NCBI GenBank assembly: GCA_964016885.1
Contig: OZ024742.1
Span: 290,718,001 to 290,782,000 of the forward strand
Origin: Eledone cirrhosa
Lineage: Eukaryota
Direction of reading: 5' to 3'
DNA length: 64,000 bases
Shown: in pieces, positions 25,901 through 40,900 of the stretch
Layout of the letters: each line of letters starts with the position of its first letter
How positions within the stretch are numbered: position 1 is the first letter of the stretch
Program-made: the position numbers and the translations under genes
The notes under the pieces: generated by a model
The model's input: the letters and a program-made list of their open reading frames with translations, nothing else
Database searches by the model: none
What the model was told of the DNA's origin: nothing

Positions 25901-28900
25901 TGAAAGCACATTAGCAAGACACTCTTGAAAAGCACAAATCTGTGCTATGACCACATCACATTAAAAATTAAAATCTTCACTCTTTGTCACAGCAATCTGT
26001 TCACTAGTAAAGATACTATAAACAATTGAATTAACAAATTTATTTTTAGATATTTTCTGCTAAATAATTTCAGGATGTTAAAAGTTAATGAACCATAATT
26101 TGTTTTTAGATTTTGATGAGCTTAAACAATATAATACTCACTTGTCTACAAACTGCTGAGGAAAGGGGAGCCAAAAGCATTGCATTCCCTATATTAGGGG
26201 AAGGAATCTTGAAATACCCTCTTGGTGAACTACCTTCAACCATGTATGATGCCGTGAAAACATACTCACATAGTAATACAAGGCAGATTGATGTTGTCAA
26301 CTTTGTTATTTTACCTACAGATTCAAACTTAATAGAGGTTGGTTGATTTATTTTGTTTTTATTGTATTTTTGATTCTCTTGATATTCTTAATTCTTTTTC
26401 TTGTTATATGTTGTAACCATAGTTACTATTATTAGATTGCAGTCATGGTTATAGAAATTAGACTATGCCCATGGTTACAGTTATTAAATTGTAGCCATGG
26501 TTAGTTATTAAACTAGTTATGTTTACAGTTTTTGAATTGGCCATTGTTACAATCATTAGACTGCTGCCATGCTTGGGCACCACCTTAAACAGATTTAGTA
26601 CTTATCTATGTTGCTCAAGGGTTGGATGAATCAGTACAGTCTAAAACTAGACCACATTTTGACTAATAAATTCCATGGCTAGATACACTTCTTAATGTCA
26701 CCCACCTTATAGAGTGTATTGGATGCATTTTATTATGGCACCATCATTTTATATATTTACATATATTTCTTGGTAGAGCTATTCTGATAGAGAATGGCTC
26801 ACACGTGGCAGATAGTGATATGACCACTAGATATGATGGTTAGTTGAAGCATAAGTGGGTTTCTGTTGAATGAATAAGCAACACCGGATCAAACAGTATT
26901 AAGCTACTAGGGAGATGGAATAAAGGGTGACACTGTTAGCTTTCAAATAAACTCTTACAAGTTAGCAATGTACATATGATGAAGCAAGTAAAGGGTGCCT
27001 CTAAACAAGTCTAGTCTTTGTGGGTCTGAGAAAATTACCAAATTGGTGACAGGTGCAAATAATATCACCAAAAAGTGCACCACGCCAAGCTTCTTTCACA
27101 CACAGCATTTAAAAGCTGAAGCAGAAACTGCTCAGCTGAACAAGTTCTATATTGTTTCAATGTCCTCAGTTTTCTCAGGGAGTTCTCTGAATTTGGATAC
27201 AATAGTGTCTGCATACCTGGTCCTGACTTTCTTATCCACCAACGCTTCCCACTTTATCTTGTTGGTCACCCTGGACTTGCCAGTTTTGTGGGCTTATTTG
27301 GCTTTAGGTAGTCTCAAGCTGTAGATAAATAGATGATGACCAGTTGACAGCTCAGCCCCTCTCTTAACACAAATTTCCAGTACTGAATCGAAGAGATCAG
27401 AGGCAATAACAAAATCAATTATTGATCGCTGTCCCTGATTCCCCTTATACCATGTATATTTATGGATGTTTCTGTGCTGGAAGAAGGTGTTTATAATAGA
27501 GAGTCCATTGCTAAAACAGAAGTCTAATAAGGCCTCTCCATTCTTATATAGGTTGGGATTACCGATCCTTCCAATCATTCCTTTCCATGTCAGGTGGTCT
27601 GTGCTAACATGTGCATTGAAGTCTCCCATTAGGATATATGACTCAGTCTTAACTAGATCTTACGCTGCAGTGACTTCATCAAGGAAGGATCTGTATTTGG
27701 ACTCTTTGTTCAGTGAATAAACTTGCACCACCCACAAAACCCTATCTTTCAGCCTAAGCTTCAAGAGGCAAATCCTCTCACCTAATGATGTCCAGTCTAT
27801 AACACATTCTGACAGTCGGGGGGCTGTGAGTATCCCCACTGCTGCCTGTGCAGTCATTTCTGGTGTCATATCTGAATAGTGGAGTTTCCGTTCTCTATCC
27901 AAATCTTCAGTACCAGATCCACGGAACTTGTTGAGGAAACCCAAACTATATATAGCTGGAAGCATCTAAACCCCTCCTCTAGTTCCTGCTCCTTACCTGT
28001 AAGGATTGTGGTGCTCCAGGTTCCAATTGTCAAGGTTTGTTAGCTTCCAAACCATCTTTGATGTCTCGAGATATGCAATCGTTATGCGTCTATCCCATGC
28101 CTCCCAGGACAGGCTGTAAGCTCATTACCAGTTTTTACAGCATGAAATAGAGACTGCAATATATTTTTTGAACAGGTCCCTCTAGTTAAGGCCCGAATGT
28201 GTCCCTTATTAATTCATGTGAAGGATAATATTGCAGTTTTGGTGGTTTTATTCCTGCCAGTCACCAATCTGGTACTTTCTCAGACCCATGAAGAGTAGGC
28301 TTTTTTAGAGATGGCATTTTCATAGCTACATCACTGGGTTGTGAAAGATTTCTTGGGAACTAAAGGTATCACCCATTACTTCATCTCCCTTAGTAATTCA
28401 CCACTGTTGGTCCAGGGGTTGTTTACTTGTCCAGCAGGTACTCACTTATATCATAACTAACTAATATTACTGTTGGCCGTATCGCTATTCCCCACCTATG
28501 ACCTGTTCTCTAGCAGAACAGCTCTGCCAAAAAGTATAAGAGTAACAAATAAAAACCAAGAGAAATATTAATTTAAAACAATATTCATGGTTGAGTTAGA
28601 GCTAGTCTTTTAAATCTGTTTTTCCCTGTTTTGCATGGTTTGGACAGAGCCTGGAGCTTATCCCAGTTACTTGGGCATTAAACTAAGGGTACTTATGTTT
28701 AGCTAAATCAACTGGAACAGCATGAAATGAAGTGCCTTGCTGGTCTGAACATTGAACCCAAGGTCTTTACATTCACAATAGAAATAATACATAATTAAAA
28801 CATTTTATTGTAATTTATTGATAAATATAACAATTAATTTGAAATGTAGTCATCCCAATGCATGTGACTCTAATAATAGCTGACCACTGTAGATAATAGT

Positions 28901-31900
28901 TTAAAAAATTAGGTACAATACCCCTGGAGATGGAAAAAAGTGGACAGCGGTGCTTGCGAGGAATTAAACCCTAAACCAGGCAAGTGTATTATTCACTGTT
29001 ATACCAATATGTCTCTGACCACTGACTGCTGTCTTTTAGAAGCATTTAACCCTTTACTATTTACATTATTCTATATATACTATTGTATTTTCATGGTAAA
29101 GGCTTTACCTCACATAATTATCTCTCATAATATCGAATCTAAGAGATTTTGATATTATTTATGTTGAGAACAATACCTTAACATCAGTATGATCAACTGG
29201 TTACAATTGGCTTGAACTGAAAGATATGAGAGAATTTTGGCCAGATTTGGCTGGTTTAAATGCTAAAGGGTTAAACTTGTATCTAGAAGTGGTTGACTTG
29301 AAACATTGGGAACATTTTAAATATGAAATATTGTTCTATTTATAGTGATCAACTACTATTTTAATCATCTGCATTGGGACAACTACATTTTAAATTTCAA
29401 ACTTTGCCAATGTATCTTAAGTCAACCAGAAGATAACAATTAATGTTTCCATGGAATTATAACATGAAAGTCTTTGGTTATTTCTAACAGGTATTTCAAG
29501 AATATTTCCAAGAAATACAGACAACTGAAACATCATCAGGTAAACACACAATATTTTATTCACAGATGTATAAATAACATTAAAAATTGTTCACAATTCT
29601 TTCAGAATGAAAATATAACAAATATAATAAATACAATTAACTATTGCTAGGAACCTCACAATGCACCAAAATATATGGTGAAAGCAAGAGAAAGAGGGGG
29701 GAAAAAGTAAAGAAAAGAGGGTGGGATATCTCTGATGACACTGCAGCTTTATGATTCTTCATCTCCTTGATTGCTTCTTTGACCCTATAACTATCAACCT
29801 CAATAGCTGGTCCTTCTTTTGGGTAAGTAAGGGGTAGTCTTTCCTCTTCCCATTAATTCTCTACATTCATCAGTCTCTCATAGTAACATTTCCAGGCCTT
29901 TTTCTTTTGAACATTAGTGATGCTAAGTGCATGAGAGTAATTTTTAATACACTTTTCCCCAACTACATCCTGATTCACACTGACACACTGCCTTGTGATA
30001 TGGTACACTTCTCGTCTCTGGTCCTCACATCGCAAGACATCGACAAACTTTCTTTTTTCAGCCTTTCTTTCAGCTCCGTATACCTGTCATCTATCTTCTC
30101 CCTTACCTACCTGGTACCGGTCTCTGCTATCCCCATTTTTCCAGTATTTCCATGCCTGTTTCTTGGCTTTAATGGCTCTATCCACTGTGCTTTTCCACCA
30201 CCAGGTCACCCTCTGTCTAGCTGGTGGAAAGGTTGTCACGCAAGATATCTGATTGTTGTCTATGTTATATGTATCTGGCTTGTCAATCCTCTCATCGAAT
30301 GCATCTCATAGGGCCTTTCCAAACCTGCCATGTAATTTTGCATGCAGGCATCACATAGTCATCCCATCACTCTGAAAGAGCAGCCATTTATTGCCAGCAA
30401 TGGCAGCAACTACCTGAACTTCTTCCAGCCTGTTCTTACTTTGGCTATAAAACTTTCAGAGCATCCACCTACACTACTAATGTGATCTCCTAGATAGCAT
30501 AAGCTGTCTATCATTTCCAGCAAACCTTCTGAACATCTAATAGGGTTTATCTCTTGAGTATTCTTACTGTTAACTATTCCTACACATCTACCACTCACAA
30601 AGCCTGACCTTCCCATCAGTCTATCGGTGGTTCCACTACCTCTCGTAGGTGTCCAGTTTACACTGGATACAAAGTATGGAATTACTACTCCACCTCCCTT
30701 TTCTACACATTGAGCATGGTCATTCCCTGATAGTAGCAAAGACTTATCTCTTTTTCTTACTAAAACTTCAGTCTTTGAGGTCATTTGATTCCAGATTTTG
30801 CTTCTATGTCTGGAACTTCCTTTCTAGTTCTTCTATCATTTCAGCTATGATGGCACAGAGGAGCTACCATGCACAACCAGTGTTGAATACCTCTGTTATA
30901 GCTTGTAGGACTATAATAAACAAGAGGGAACTGATGACTGGGCCTTGGCAAGCCCTGTTTATGTTATCATAATTTTATGTAAGACTCTTTGTTAATTCCA
31001 AATACCAGTTAAATAATGAGAAAATTAGTTGTATTACTAAATTGCATTATTTTCAAGTGGATTGGCAATATCGGTAGAGGGTCGGACACCATGCTTTGAC
31101 GCATAGTTACGGCCCTTGCCATTCTGTGTTCAAATCCCGCCAAGGTTAACTTTTCCTTTCATCCTTACGGGGGTTGATAAAATAAAGTACCAGTAATCAT
31201 CATCATCATCATCATCATCATCAGGTTTAGCGTCCGTGTTCCACGCTTGCATGGGTTTGGACGGGGGTTTTCCCACTTGAGGCAAGAGTGGTTGTCTTGC
31301 TCGCATAGGAATGTCTGGCGGGTTTTCTACAGTTGGATGCCCTTCCTAACACCAACCACATTTACAGTGTGGGGCTGGGAGGTTTTTACCGTGTTGCCTA
31401 CACGGCCACATTTACAGCGTGGACTGTGTGTTTTTTTGTCGTGACACCTACACGATCTCATTTGTTTCGGCCTGGATGTTGTGGGACCAACATAACTGTA
31501 CATTGAAAGGGGCGGTGTGGATGGGGTGGAGGTGGTGGGACGGGGGGGGGGGGGGTGTTTTGATAGAGATGCCTACTGACTGTAGTAGGTTTTTACTTTG
31601 TATTTAGGTAAGGCGGGTCTTCTCTATTACTGAGTACCGCCAAAGGTCTCGGTCCAGTGACATTGTCTTGGAGAGGTGTAAGCGTGTGAGGTCGGAATTT
31701 ATCAGCTCGTCCCATGTTTTTCTGGGTCTGCCTACTCCGTGGCTACCGTCTATCTTTATTGCCCTGCACTTTGTTATACAGCTGTCGTCTTTCATGCGCA
31801 TCACGTGACCGTACCAACGTGATGTACTGGGTAATTGCTGGCCTTGTGCCAATAATAGAAACAATTATTTTTAAATGGCAGTGGATTGGCAGTATCGGTA

Positions 31901-34900
31901 GAGCATCAGACACCATGCTTTGCAACATAGAGTTATGGCACTTTACCCCCTGAGTTCAAATCTGACCGAGGTTAACTTTGCCTTTCATTGTTACGGGGTC
32001 GATAAAATAAAGCACCAGTAATGCACTGGGGTAACTGCTGGCCTTGTGCCAAAAGTAGAAACAATTATTTTCAAATGATTTGAAAACTATAAACTGTGTC
32101 TTTCATTAGAAATATGATAAAAAAAAGGTTAATAATGAATGAGAGGAGAGATGAGTAAGTCTGGAGAGCCCAAGTTAAGGTAGTGCAAGATCATCCACAT
32201 TCACAGAACATAAGCCATTGTATTAATGGTAACTTACAGGAATAGGAGCATATTTGTAAATAACTCTACACCAATTAATTGAGTGACTTGGTCTAGAAAG
32301 TTTACATGTCCCAGATGTAAGAGCAGTACTCCATTGTGGGTTTCTTTCACCTGAACTTTCTAAAGGGTCAGCAATTGATGAGAGAGTTGTAGTATTTTCT
32401 GGTCATGGGGAGCTAGTGTTTAGGGTGCAGTCCTTGCTATGTTAAGGATGCATATTTGCCATAAGAGATCCTCAGAGATTGCTAGGTTGAGCATTTGGAG
32501 CAATTGCAAAGGCTCTAATTGTGTGATGCTTATAAAAGGGGTGGGAGAAGTATGATAATGTTTTCTTGATTTGAGCAGAGTTTGGGTTATTTTGGCTGTT
32601 GAAAGAGACATGCTTGTCATTGCTTCATTGGAGGATGGTTTTGAGGTCTCTTTCATGGAGTCATTACAGACTTGGTGTGAGACAGTCAACAATTAGTTGA
32701 GAAAGGTTATGGAAGAATGAAGGGTTGTTACATTTGCATAAGAATGGGCATTGTTGAATGTGAAGTAAAGTAGATAATTGGTGTATAGAAAGAAAAGGAG
32801 GATGCAAAACTGCATGCAGGGGAACACCAAAGTTAGTTATAGTCTATAAACATATTAAAATGTATTTCATTGTGAACTGACGTGGCATCATAATCATCAT
32901 TTCATGTCTGATCTTCTGTGCTGGCATGGGTTGGATAGGTTGTTACAGACCAAATCAGAACTTAATCAGGGTTACTAGTCTTCCAGACAAGTCAAGGGAC
33001 TATGCCTCCTTTAAATATGTTCCACATTTGACATGGCTTCCAATGCTCTTTACACAGGATACTGGGTACATTTTATTGTGGCACCACTGCTAAAGATGTT
33101 GTTGCATCCTTCATGTGATTAAGAAGGTCTTCTGAGCCTGTTTTTAGCACAGCCACAAAAGCTGGCTGCACTTCCTATCACTAACCACTTCACAGAGTAT
33201 ATTGGGTGCATTTTATTGTGGCACCACTGTTGCATAGGTTATTATATCCATGGCATGATTGAACAGTCTTCTCAATCCTTTTTTTGGCATGATTTCTATT
33301 GTTGAATGTTCTTCTTTAATGCCAACCATGTTACAGAGTGCATTGGGTTCATTTTATCATGGCACCAGCACTAAAGAGGTTATCATGTCATTAATGTGAC
33401 TGAAGCTTCCTCTCTACCCTTTTTGACAAGATTTATGACTGGATTACCATTCTAAACCTAATTAGTTTAAAAAATTGACACATGTACAATTAATGCTTTG
33501 ATACTAGCCTACTCAAAACCATCTCTGTTTCTATGAAACAAAAGCACCCATTTTGAAACATTCCTATTTATATTAAAATCGTCCAACATAATTTCATATA
33601 ACTACTATATGTTAAGTTACTATCTTAGTAATGAAATTATTTATAATTTTAGTAAATCTATCCAAATTCTTAATTAAATAATTGAAATACATAGTTCATA
33701 TTTAAATTAGTATCTTCTAACATAATTTTATATAAGAACCATATGTTAAGTTACTATTTTGTTAATGAAATAACAATTTTACTAAATCCCTCAAAATTTC
33801 CATTAATTGGAATACAGTAATATTGTTACAAATGGGTTAATATCTTGTCTAGGTACAGTAACATAAGAAAGCATCTGTTAGTTATATGACTATTTTTCTT
33901 TGACAAAATGAGTATTTCTTTTATTTCAGAGAGTGATGCATCAGAGGACAATACAGTTACTGACGTCCATGAAAAAGACATGAGTGTCTCAGTGAAATTC
34001 ATTTCAAAATATCAAAATCTTGACATAGCTGTAAAAACTGTTAAAGAAGAATATATCTCCATGTTATTGAATGAGGTGATGCCATTAGACTTTGAGTTAA
34101 CAGAAGCTCAAGTAAGTTTGTCAAGAATGTTACATGTTTATTATTATCATCATGACTGTGGATTGGTAGTATTGGTGGAGGGTCGGACGCCATGCTTTCC
34201 AGCATAGTTACGTCCCTTTACGATCTGAGTTCAAATCCCGCCGAGGTTGACTTTGCCTTTCATCCTTACGGGGTCGATAAAATAAAGTACCAGTAATGCA
34301 CTGGGTACTTGCTGGCCTTGTGCCTAAAGTAGAAACAATTATTATCATCATGACTAGGATGGTGGATTGGCAGTATCGGTAGAGCATTGGACATTCTGCT
34401 TTGTGGCACAGGGTTACAACCCTTTACGTTCTGAGTTCAAATCCAGCTTAGGTTTCTTCCTTACGAGATCGATAAAAGAAAGTACCAGTAACACACTGCG
34501 GGTCGATTTAATCTACTTTTCCCTCCCCCCAAAATTTGCTGGCATTGTGCCTGGATTGGCAGTATCGGTAGAGGGTCTGACGCCATGCTTTGCAGCAAAG
34601 AGTTACGGCCCTTGCTATTCTGAGATCTAATCCCGCTGAGGTTAACTTTGCCTTTCAATCTTACGGGATCGATAACATAAAGTATTAGTAATACACTGGG
34701 ATATTGCTGGCCTTGTGCCAAAAGCAGAAACAATTATTGGTGGATTGATGGGGATGATGATGGTGCTGGTAATACTGATAATTATATTGGTGATGATAAT
34801 GAGGTGCTTTATAAGAAATTGTTTTCTTTTATTAATTTTTTCAGAAGAAGGAAGTCAGAAACATTAATGGCAAGGACAAAGTCAACATAAATATTGGTTC

Positions 34901-37900
34901 AAGTATTAATATTCATGGCAGATTGCCTTGTGTAAAAGATGCCAAAATCAATATTCAATCCCTATTAACGAAATTCAAAAAACAGGAAGAGGAATCATAC
35001 ATTAAAAACATGGTGCAGTGGTACTATTACAGTAGAGAAACACCTGAAAGAATGTTTGATGAAGAAGAAAATGCTGTGTTAGAGAAAGCTTTCTCACAGA
35101 AAAAAAAAACATACACATGGAGAAATATTGAATATGATATTAAGAATCTATGTTTTGTAAAGAATGGATTGCAATTTCAACTGAAGAGAACAGAAATAGG
35201 AAAAGGTGGTAAGGATGTCTTTTTATCATTATAGTCATCATCATCATTAACAATCATCATTTTATGTCTACCTTTAGGGTGGTGGATTGGCATTATTAGT
35301 AGAGCATTGGACAACATGCTTTGCAGCATATAGTGATGCCTCTTTGTATTGAGTTCAAGTCCTACCAAGGTGAACTTTCCCTTTCATCCTTATGGGGTCG
35401 ATAAAATAAAGTACCAGTAATGCACGGGTGAATTTATTCAACTTTCCTTTCTCCAAAAATGGTTGATCTTGTGCTTAAATCAGAAACTATTTTATGTCTA
35501 CCTTTCCATGTTTGCATGGGTTAGATGAATTTGTTCCACCACAGTTTCCTCCACTTGTGTCTTTCTTTCATTTCCTCTCTGAGGTTCAACATTTTGACAT
35601 CAACTATTTACTATCCGGGTGACCATACTATGTCCCACCATTCCAAATGCTTTCAACATTTCAGCATCTATCTCCAAAGGTCCAGCTGCCTTGTCCATCT
35701 TCATATCTTTGATTGCCTTACTTATTATACTACCATTAACTTGCACAGCTGGTCCCTCTACTGGATCAATTTGGGGCAGAACATCTTTTTTGCATTCATT
35801 CTCTTCATTTAGTAGTCTCTCATAGAGACATTTCCAAGCTACCTTCTTATCAGTGTAAGTGAGGGCAAGTAAACTATCATCATTACGGACACACTTCTCC
35901 CCGACAATATCACAGTTTTCCTTGACTCATTATTTCGCAATCCTGAACACCTCACGTTTTTGGTCCTCGTGTTGTAGAACATGCTTGAACTTTCTATCCT
36001 CTGCTTCCCTTCTTGCAATGTACACTTGTCGCCGAGCTTCTCTCCTAACCATCTGATAGTGTTCTCTACTTCCCCACATCCCACCATTCTTTCCAAGCTT
36101 GCTTTTTGGCCTTGATTGTCTCCTCCACTTTACTGTTCCACTACCATGTTACTCTTCTGCCTAAAGGTTTGCTCCAGCCACAGATTTTTCTCTGTCGCCT
36201 TCAGCAGATTAACTTTCAGGAATAACCCACTCTTTCTCTATATTGTACATCTCTAATTACTCTTCCTTACTGTCAAAAGCATCAAATAATATGCTTTTAA
36301 ATTTGTTACTGGCTGTGGGGTCCTTCAACTTCCATATTTTTCTCCTCGAGGTAGACTTCTGTCATCGAGTACGCCTAGTCCTGACTATGAGGCCACTAAC
36401 TATTAGGCTATGTTGGGAAGTGCATTCTTCATGAAGGAGGGACTTAGTGTTTACAACAGACACTCTGTTTCATCTTCTAGGAAGAGTAAAATCTATCTGG
36501 CTGGCGTGTTCCCCTGATCTATAGGTAATCAAGTGATTGTCTCGTTTTATTAAATTTGTGTTACAGATAGTTAGATTATTAGCATCACAGAATTCCAGGA
36601 TCCTAAAGTCTTCCTCATTTCTAGTACCAAACCCATAGCCTCCATGGATTCCGTCATAGCCATCACAATGTCGCCCAACATGACCATTAAAGTCACCAGC
36701 AATAATTATGTAGTTATTGTTGGTTATTGAGAGGTAGTGAGCATTAGCGACTCATAGAACCTGTCTTTTATAATGTCAAGTAGACCAGATTGGGGTGCAT
36801 AAGCGGATATTATTGACACAGTTGTTCTATTTAAAACTAGTCTTATTTTAATTATTCTGTCATTCACTCTATGGCAATTACCTTATCTACCCAGTTTTCT
36901 ACTAATTCCTACTCCACCCAGCCCGTTGTCACATCCCATCTAGAAAAGTTTAAAGCATCGTTTTTTGCCCACAACAAATCTAGCAGACCCACCCCTCCAC
37001 CTGGTCTCTTGAACACAACAAACATCAACTTCCTTACATTCAAACATCTCTACAACCTCATTTGAGTGACCTTTAACCTGTATGCCTACATTCATGTTAC
37101 CAACTCTGAAGTTTTGGAGTTCGCTGGGAGAGAGGAAGGGATGAGATGGGGGCACAGTGAGGGGTGTGGGAGACAGAATTGTGTTGGTTTTGGTCTTCCA
37201 TGTCTGAAATAAAGAGGAGTGCTTGCATGCTCGTCCAGAGATGGAAGGTGAATTTATCTTTGTCATTGTCATTGCTCAGACTCTCCATCTCTGAAGTCCA
37301 TTTATCATACAGAACAACAACCAGGTTTAAGGAGTATTTTAAAGCTTTGCGATAGAGATTTTATGTTAGAAACCTTACCACTGGGTTTTGATTGGACCAA
37401 ATAACTATGGTGGTGAATGAGGGTGGGTGGGAGGAAAATGGGTAACTTTTGGACATGCTTTTCAAAAGTGTGAGAGATAAAAAAATAATTGTTTCTACTT
37501 TAGGCACAAGGCCAGCAATTACCCAGTGCATTACTAGTACTTTATTTTATCGACCCCGTAAGGATGAAAGGCAAAGTCAACCTCGGCAGGATTTGAACTC
37601 AGATCGTAAAGGGCCTTAACTATGCTGGAAAGCATGGCGTCCGACCCTCTACTGATACTGCCAATCCACCACCCTAAAAAATAATAACAATAAGTATGGA
37701 CAAAACAAAATTCCGAGAGAGAAAAGTTAATGCTAGAACAATCTATACAAACAAAAATGACCAAGTATACTTAGTAAGTATACTTTTCAAATGTGTCTTT
37801 TTTTTTCAAAATCGCCCACCACTTAGATAAGCCATAAGACTTTTATTTTCTCATCCCTTAGCTTAATGGTAAAAACAGTCAACCAGAATTCAATAGATTC

Positions 37901-40900
37901 AGGTTTGTTTCTTCATAGTAGCTGCTGGACACGTTTTGAAACTAATTAAGAATTTAGAGTGATTTAGTAATATAAATAACTTTCTCATTATTAAGTTGAT
38001 GTTTGGAACATACCTTTACATAGGTACATAAAATTCTGATGGAAGCTCCAATTAACCCTTTTGATATGAACTTTCCCCAGGTTCTCTGATATAAAACTAT
38101 TTATTTTAAAGTATATTTAGCTTCCATCATAATTTTATGCAAGAACCTATCAAAGAACATCGGATTTATATGTGGTTGATGCACAGGTAAATAAGTAGCA
38201 AGAGCTCGCAAGATACTAGCTCCTTTAAATGTCCAGTGGACTCTGTAGAAGTAGTGGATAGTTTCTGATAACTGGGTGATTAAATTACAGTAGCCACCAC
38301 TGCTCACAAAAGTGTTTTCTCTCAAAAGCTTGCATGCTCCAATGGATGTGTAATAGTAATATACATGAACGGCAAAATGTAAATGAACTGATGGAGAAAC
38401 TAGGCATAAAAGGGATTGGATCCAGTGTGCAGGAGACAAGATTGCAGTGGTATGGACATGTGATGGTATGAAGGATGACAGCTGTATAAAAAAGTGGGGG
38501 CACTTAAAGTTAATGGAATCTATGGAGTAGGAAGACCTATGAAAGCTTGGGATGAGGTGATAAAAACTAACCTCATACAATTGCACCTCTTTAAGACAAT
38601 GAGACAGGATAATGATCTCTGGTATAATGCAATACTACAGAAGACCTACCTTCCCATGTGCAAGGGACGAAGCAATGTCTAGTGGTCTTTAGTATGCACA
38701 TCTCCCTCCCTCCCCTTGCATAATCCTACTTCATTAGAAATATAGTAACAAAAGGTTTAAATTCTGACTTTGATTGTGACAACCAATCCAAACGTTGCTA
38801 GCAGTTAAAAAGGACATTGAATGATCATAATGATATATATATATATGTGTGTGTGTGTGTGTATAAATTATTGTTTTTATGTCTGCTTTATGATATTGAA
38901 AATGAAAAAAAGCATGTAATGCCCAATGCTTGGCCCAAGGCTATGGTAAATGATACTTGCTCAAGATGTCATGCAGTGAGATTTATCCTGAGACCTAATG
39001 ATTTCAAATCAAACTATTTAACCATATGGTCATGCTGTATCAACATGCAACCATATAATGGCTCTGTCATTGGCCTTGTAATATATTTTATTAGCCATTC
39101 TTACCATATGATACTGTTTAGAAACTGATAAAATTACCAGTTTTTGTTTGACCATAGAATCATTACTATCAAGTTTATGGGACAAACACCTGCTGATGAC
39201 TATGTGTGAGTCCTATTTGCTTATGTAGTTACTGTGGATGTGCCGTTATATATAACCACATGTATAGTTGGTGTGTATTAAAAACTACTATGGACCAGGT
39301 AAACATGTTTCTTTTTTCCCTGGGTATTTGTTAATGACTCCTGCAGGAGGTTCACATGTCTATGCTATTTGTTCGTGTTCCTTTCTAATTTGAATAATGA
39401 ATTGCCACTCAAAAACAATGAATTTATTTCCTGTACGATTTAGTATTGATATTTGTCTGTCTATCTCTATTGATCTGTCTATCTATATTGATTTGTCTGT
39501 CTGTCCACCCATTGGTTGATTAATAGATAGATAGATGCATAGATATATTTCTTTATTTGCCACAAGGGCGCACAAGAAAAGGGGACAATACAAAGACACA
39601 TGCCGGGAATTTTACATACAGTCGTGTAAAAACAAAACAAAAACGAACAAACAATTATAACAATCGAAATCCCCAATAGAGGGGAGACGCCACAAATGGG
39701 TTGTTTAATACCCTGTTGATAGAACAACCCTCAACTTCAGGAGCGTGTTGTGCAAGTGCTCCTTTCTTCCTTTTGCTCTCTTCTTTAACCTACAGGCTTA
39801 TAAACAGAGAAGGCCCAATCACTCGGGCCATTTTCGCTTCATTCACCCACCTTTCAGTAAATTTACTCGGGTGCAGTGCCTCTCTCTCCACTCTGATTCT
39901 TCTTCTTCTAAAGTGATACTTAAAGAAGGCAATCAATTGTTGTCCAGAGAGAAAGGCATCTGTCCTCAGTCCTCTCAATCTCATCCACCATATAACCTCT
40001 TTCACCATAGTCACTGTACAGAGGAAAACCGCCTCTCTTTCGTTTTTGAAAGAGGCTGGCGGTTTGATCCTTACTATGGCTGTCAACTGGATTTGTCCCA
40101 TACGCAACAGCAGTTGTTTTGCATAGTTCCACAGGTTGCTTACGCCCGGGCCGTGTACAATTGCGTGCAAGACGGTTTCAATGTCCTGCTCGCATCTTTA
40201 ACACGTCCTCTTGGAAGGATCCCTGCCGGGGTGTCCGTGCCTGTAGATCTTATCTCGAACGGGTAGAACTCCTCGGTAGCACTGCCAGGCCAGGGACCTC
40301 TGGAAGTTGTCCATAGGTCCCGGGCGGAAAGTCCTACCGAACAGACTGGTGAGCTCGTCGTCTTCGAAGCCTAGAGTCTCCCCGAGCACGTCGTCGCACT
40401 TGTAAAGTACTAACCCTTTATAGAATGTCGAAGTGGAGTCTCCACTGATTGCTGTGCCCGCTAGACAGAGGACTGTAATCGCCTGGGCGCATTCAATGTG
40501 CCAGGCGCCCAACTTCTTTGATCATCACTTGACCCAGGACTGCAGCTCCGTCAGCGAGACAAGTTGTGGGAAGGCCTGTCTCACAAACGGTGCCCACACC
40601 GGTTGGTCGGTGAGGTATACCTGGAGATGCCGTAGCTTCAGCGCATGTTTGTGCATCATTAGCCACGGCATGCCCAGCCCTCCGTTGGAAGGGTGTTGAC
40701 AACAGACGGATCTCCTCAGCAGTGGAGCCTGCTTCTTTCACAGGAACTGGAAGAGCATCCGTTCCATCTTGGTGAGGTATTCACGGAGACAAGGCACGAC
40801 ATTCAAGCGGAAGTAGATGACGGACGCTATGAAAGAGTTCGCCACCTCCGCTCGACCTTTCAAAGACAGTTTGCACTCTGCCCACTTCTGGGTGAGCGCA

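Larger units (their letters stand above)
1..27549 (+). repeat. Large tandem segmental duplication, unit 1 (register arbitrary, set by window start)
   Basis: AGGTTGGGATTACCGATCC at 1 recurs at 27550 and 56810; the ORF track repeats almost identically with offsets of ~27.5 kb. Confidence 0.97.
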
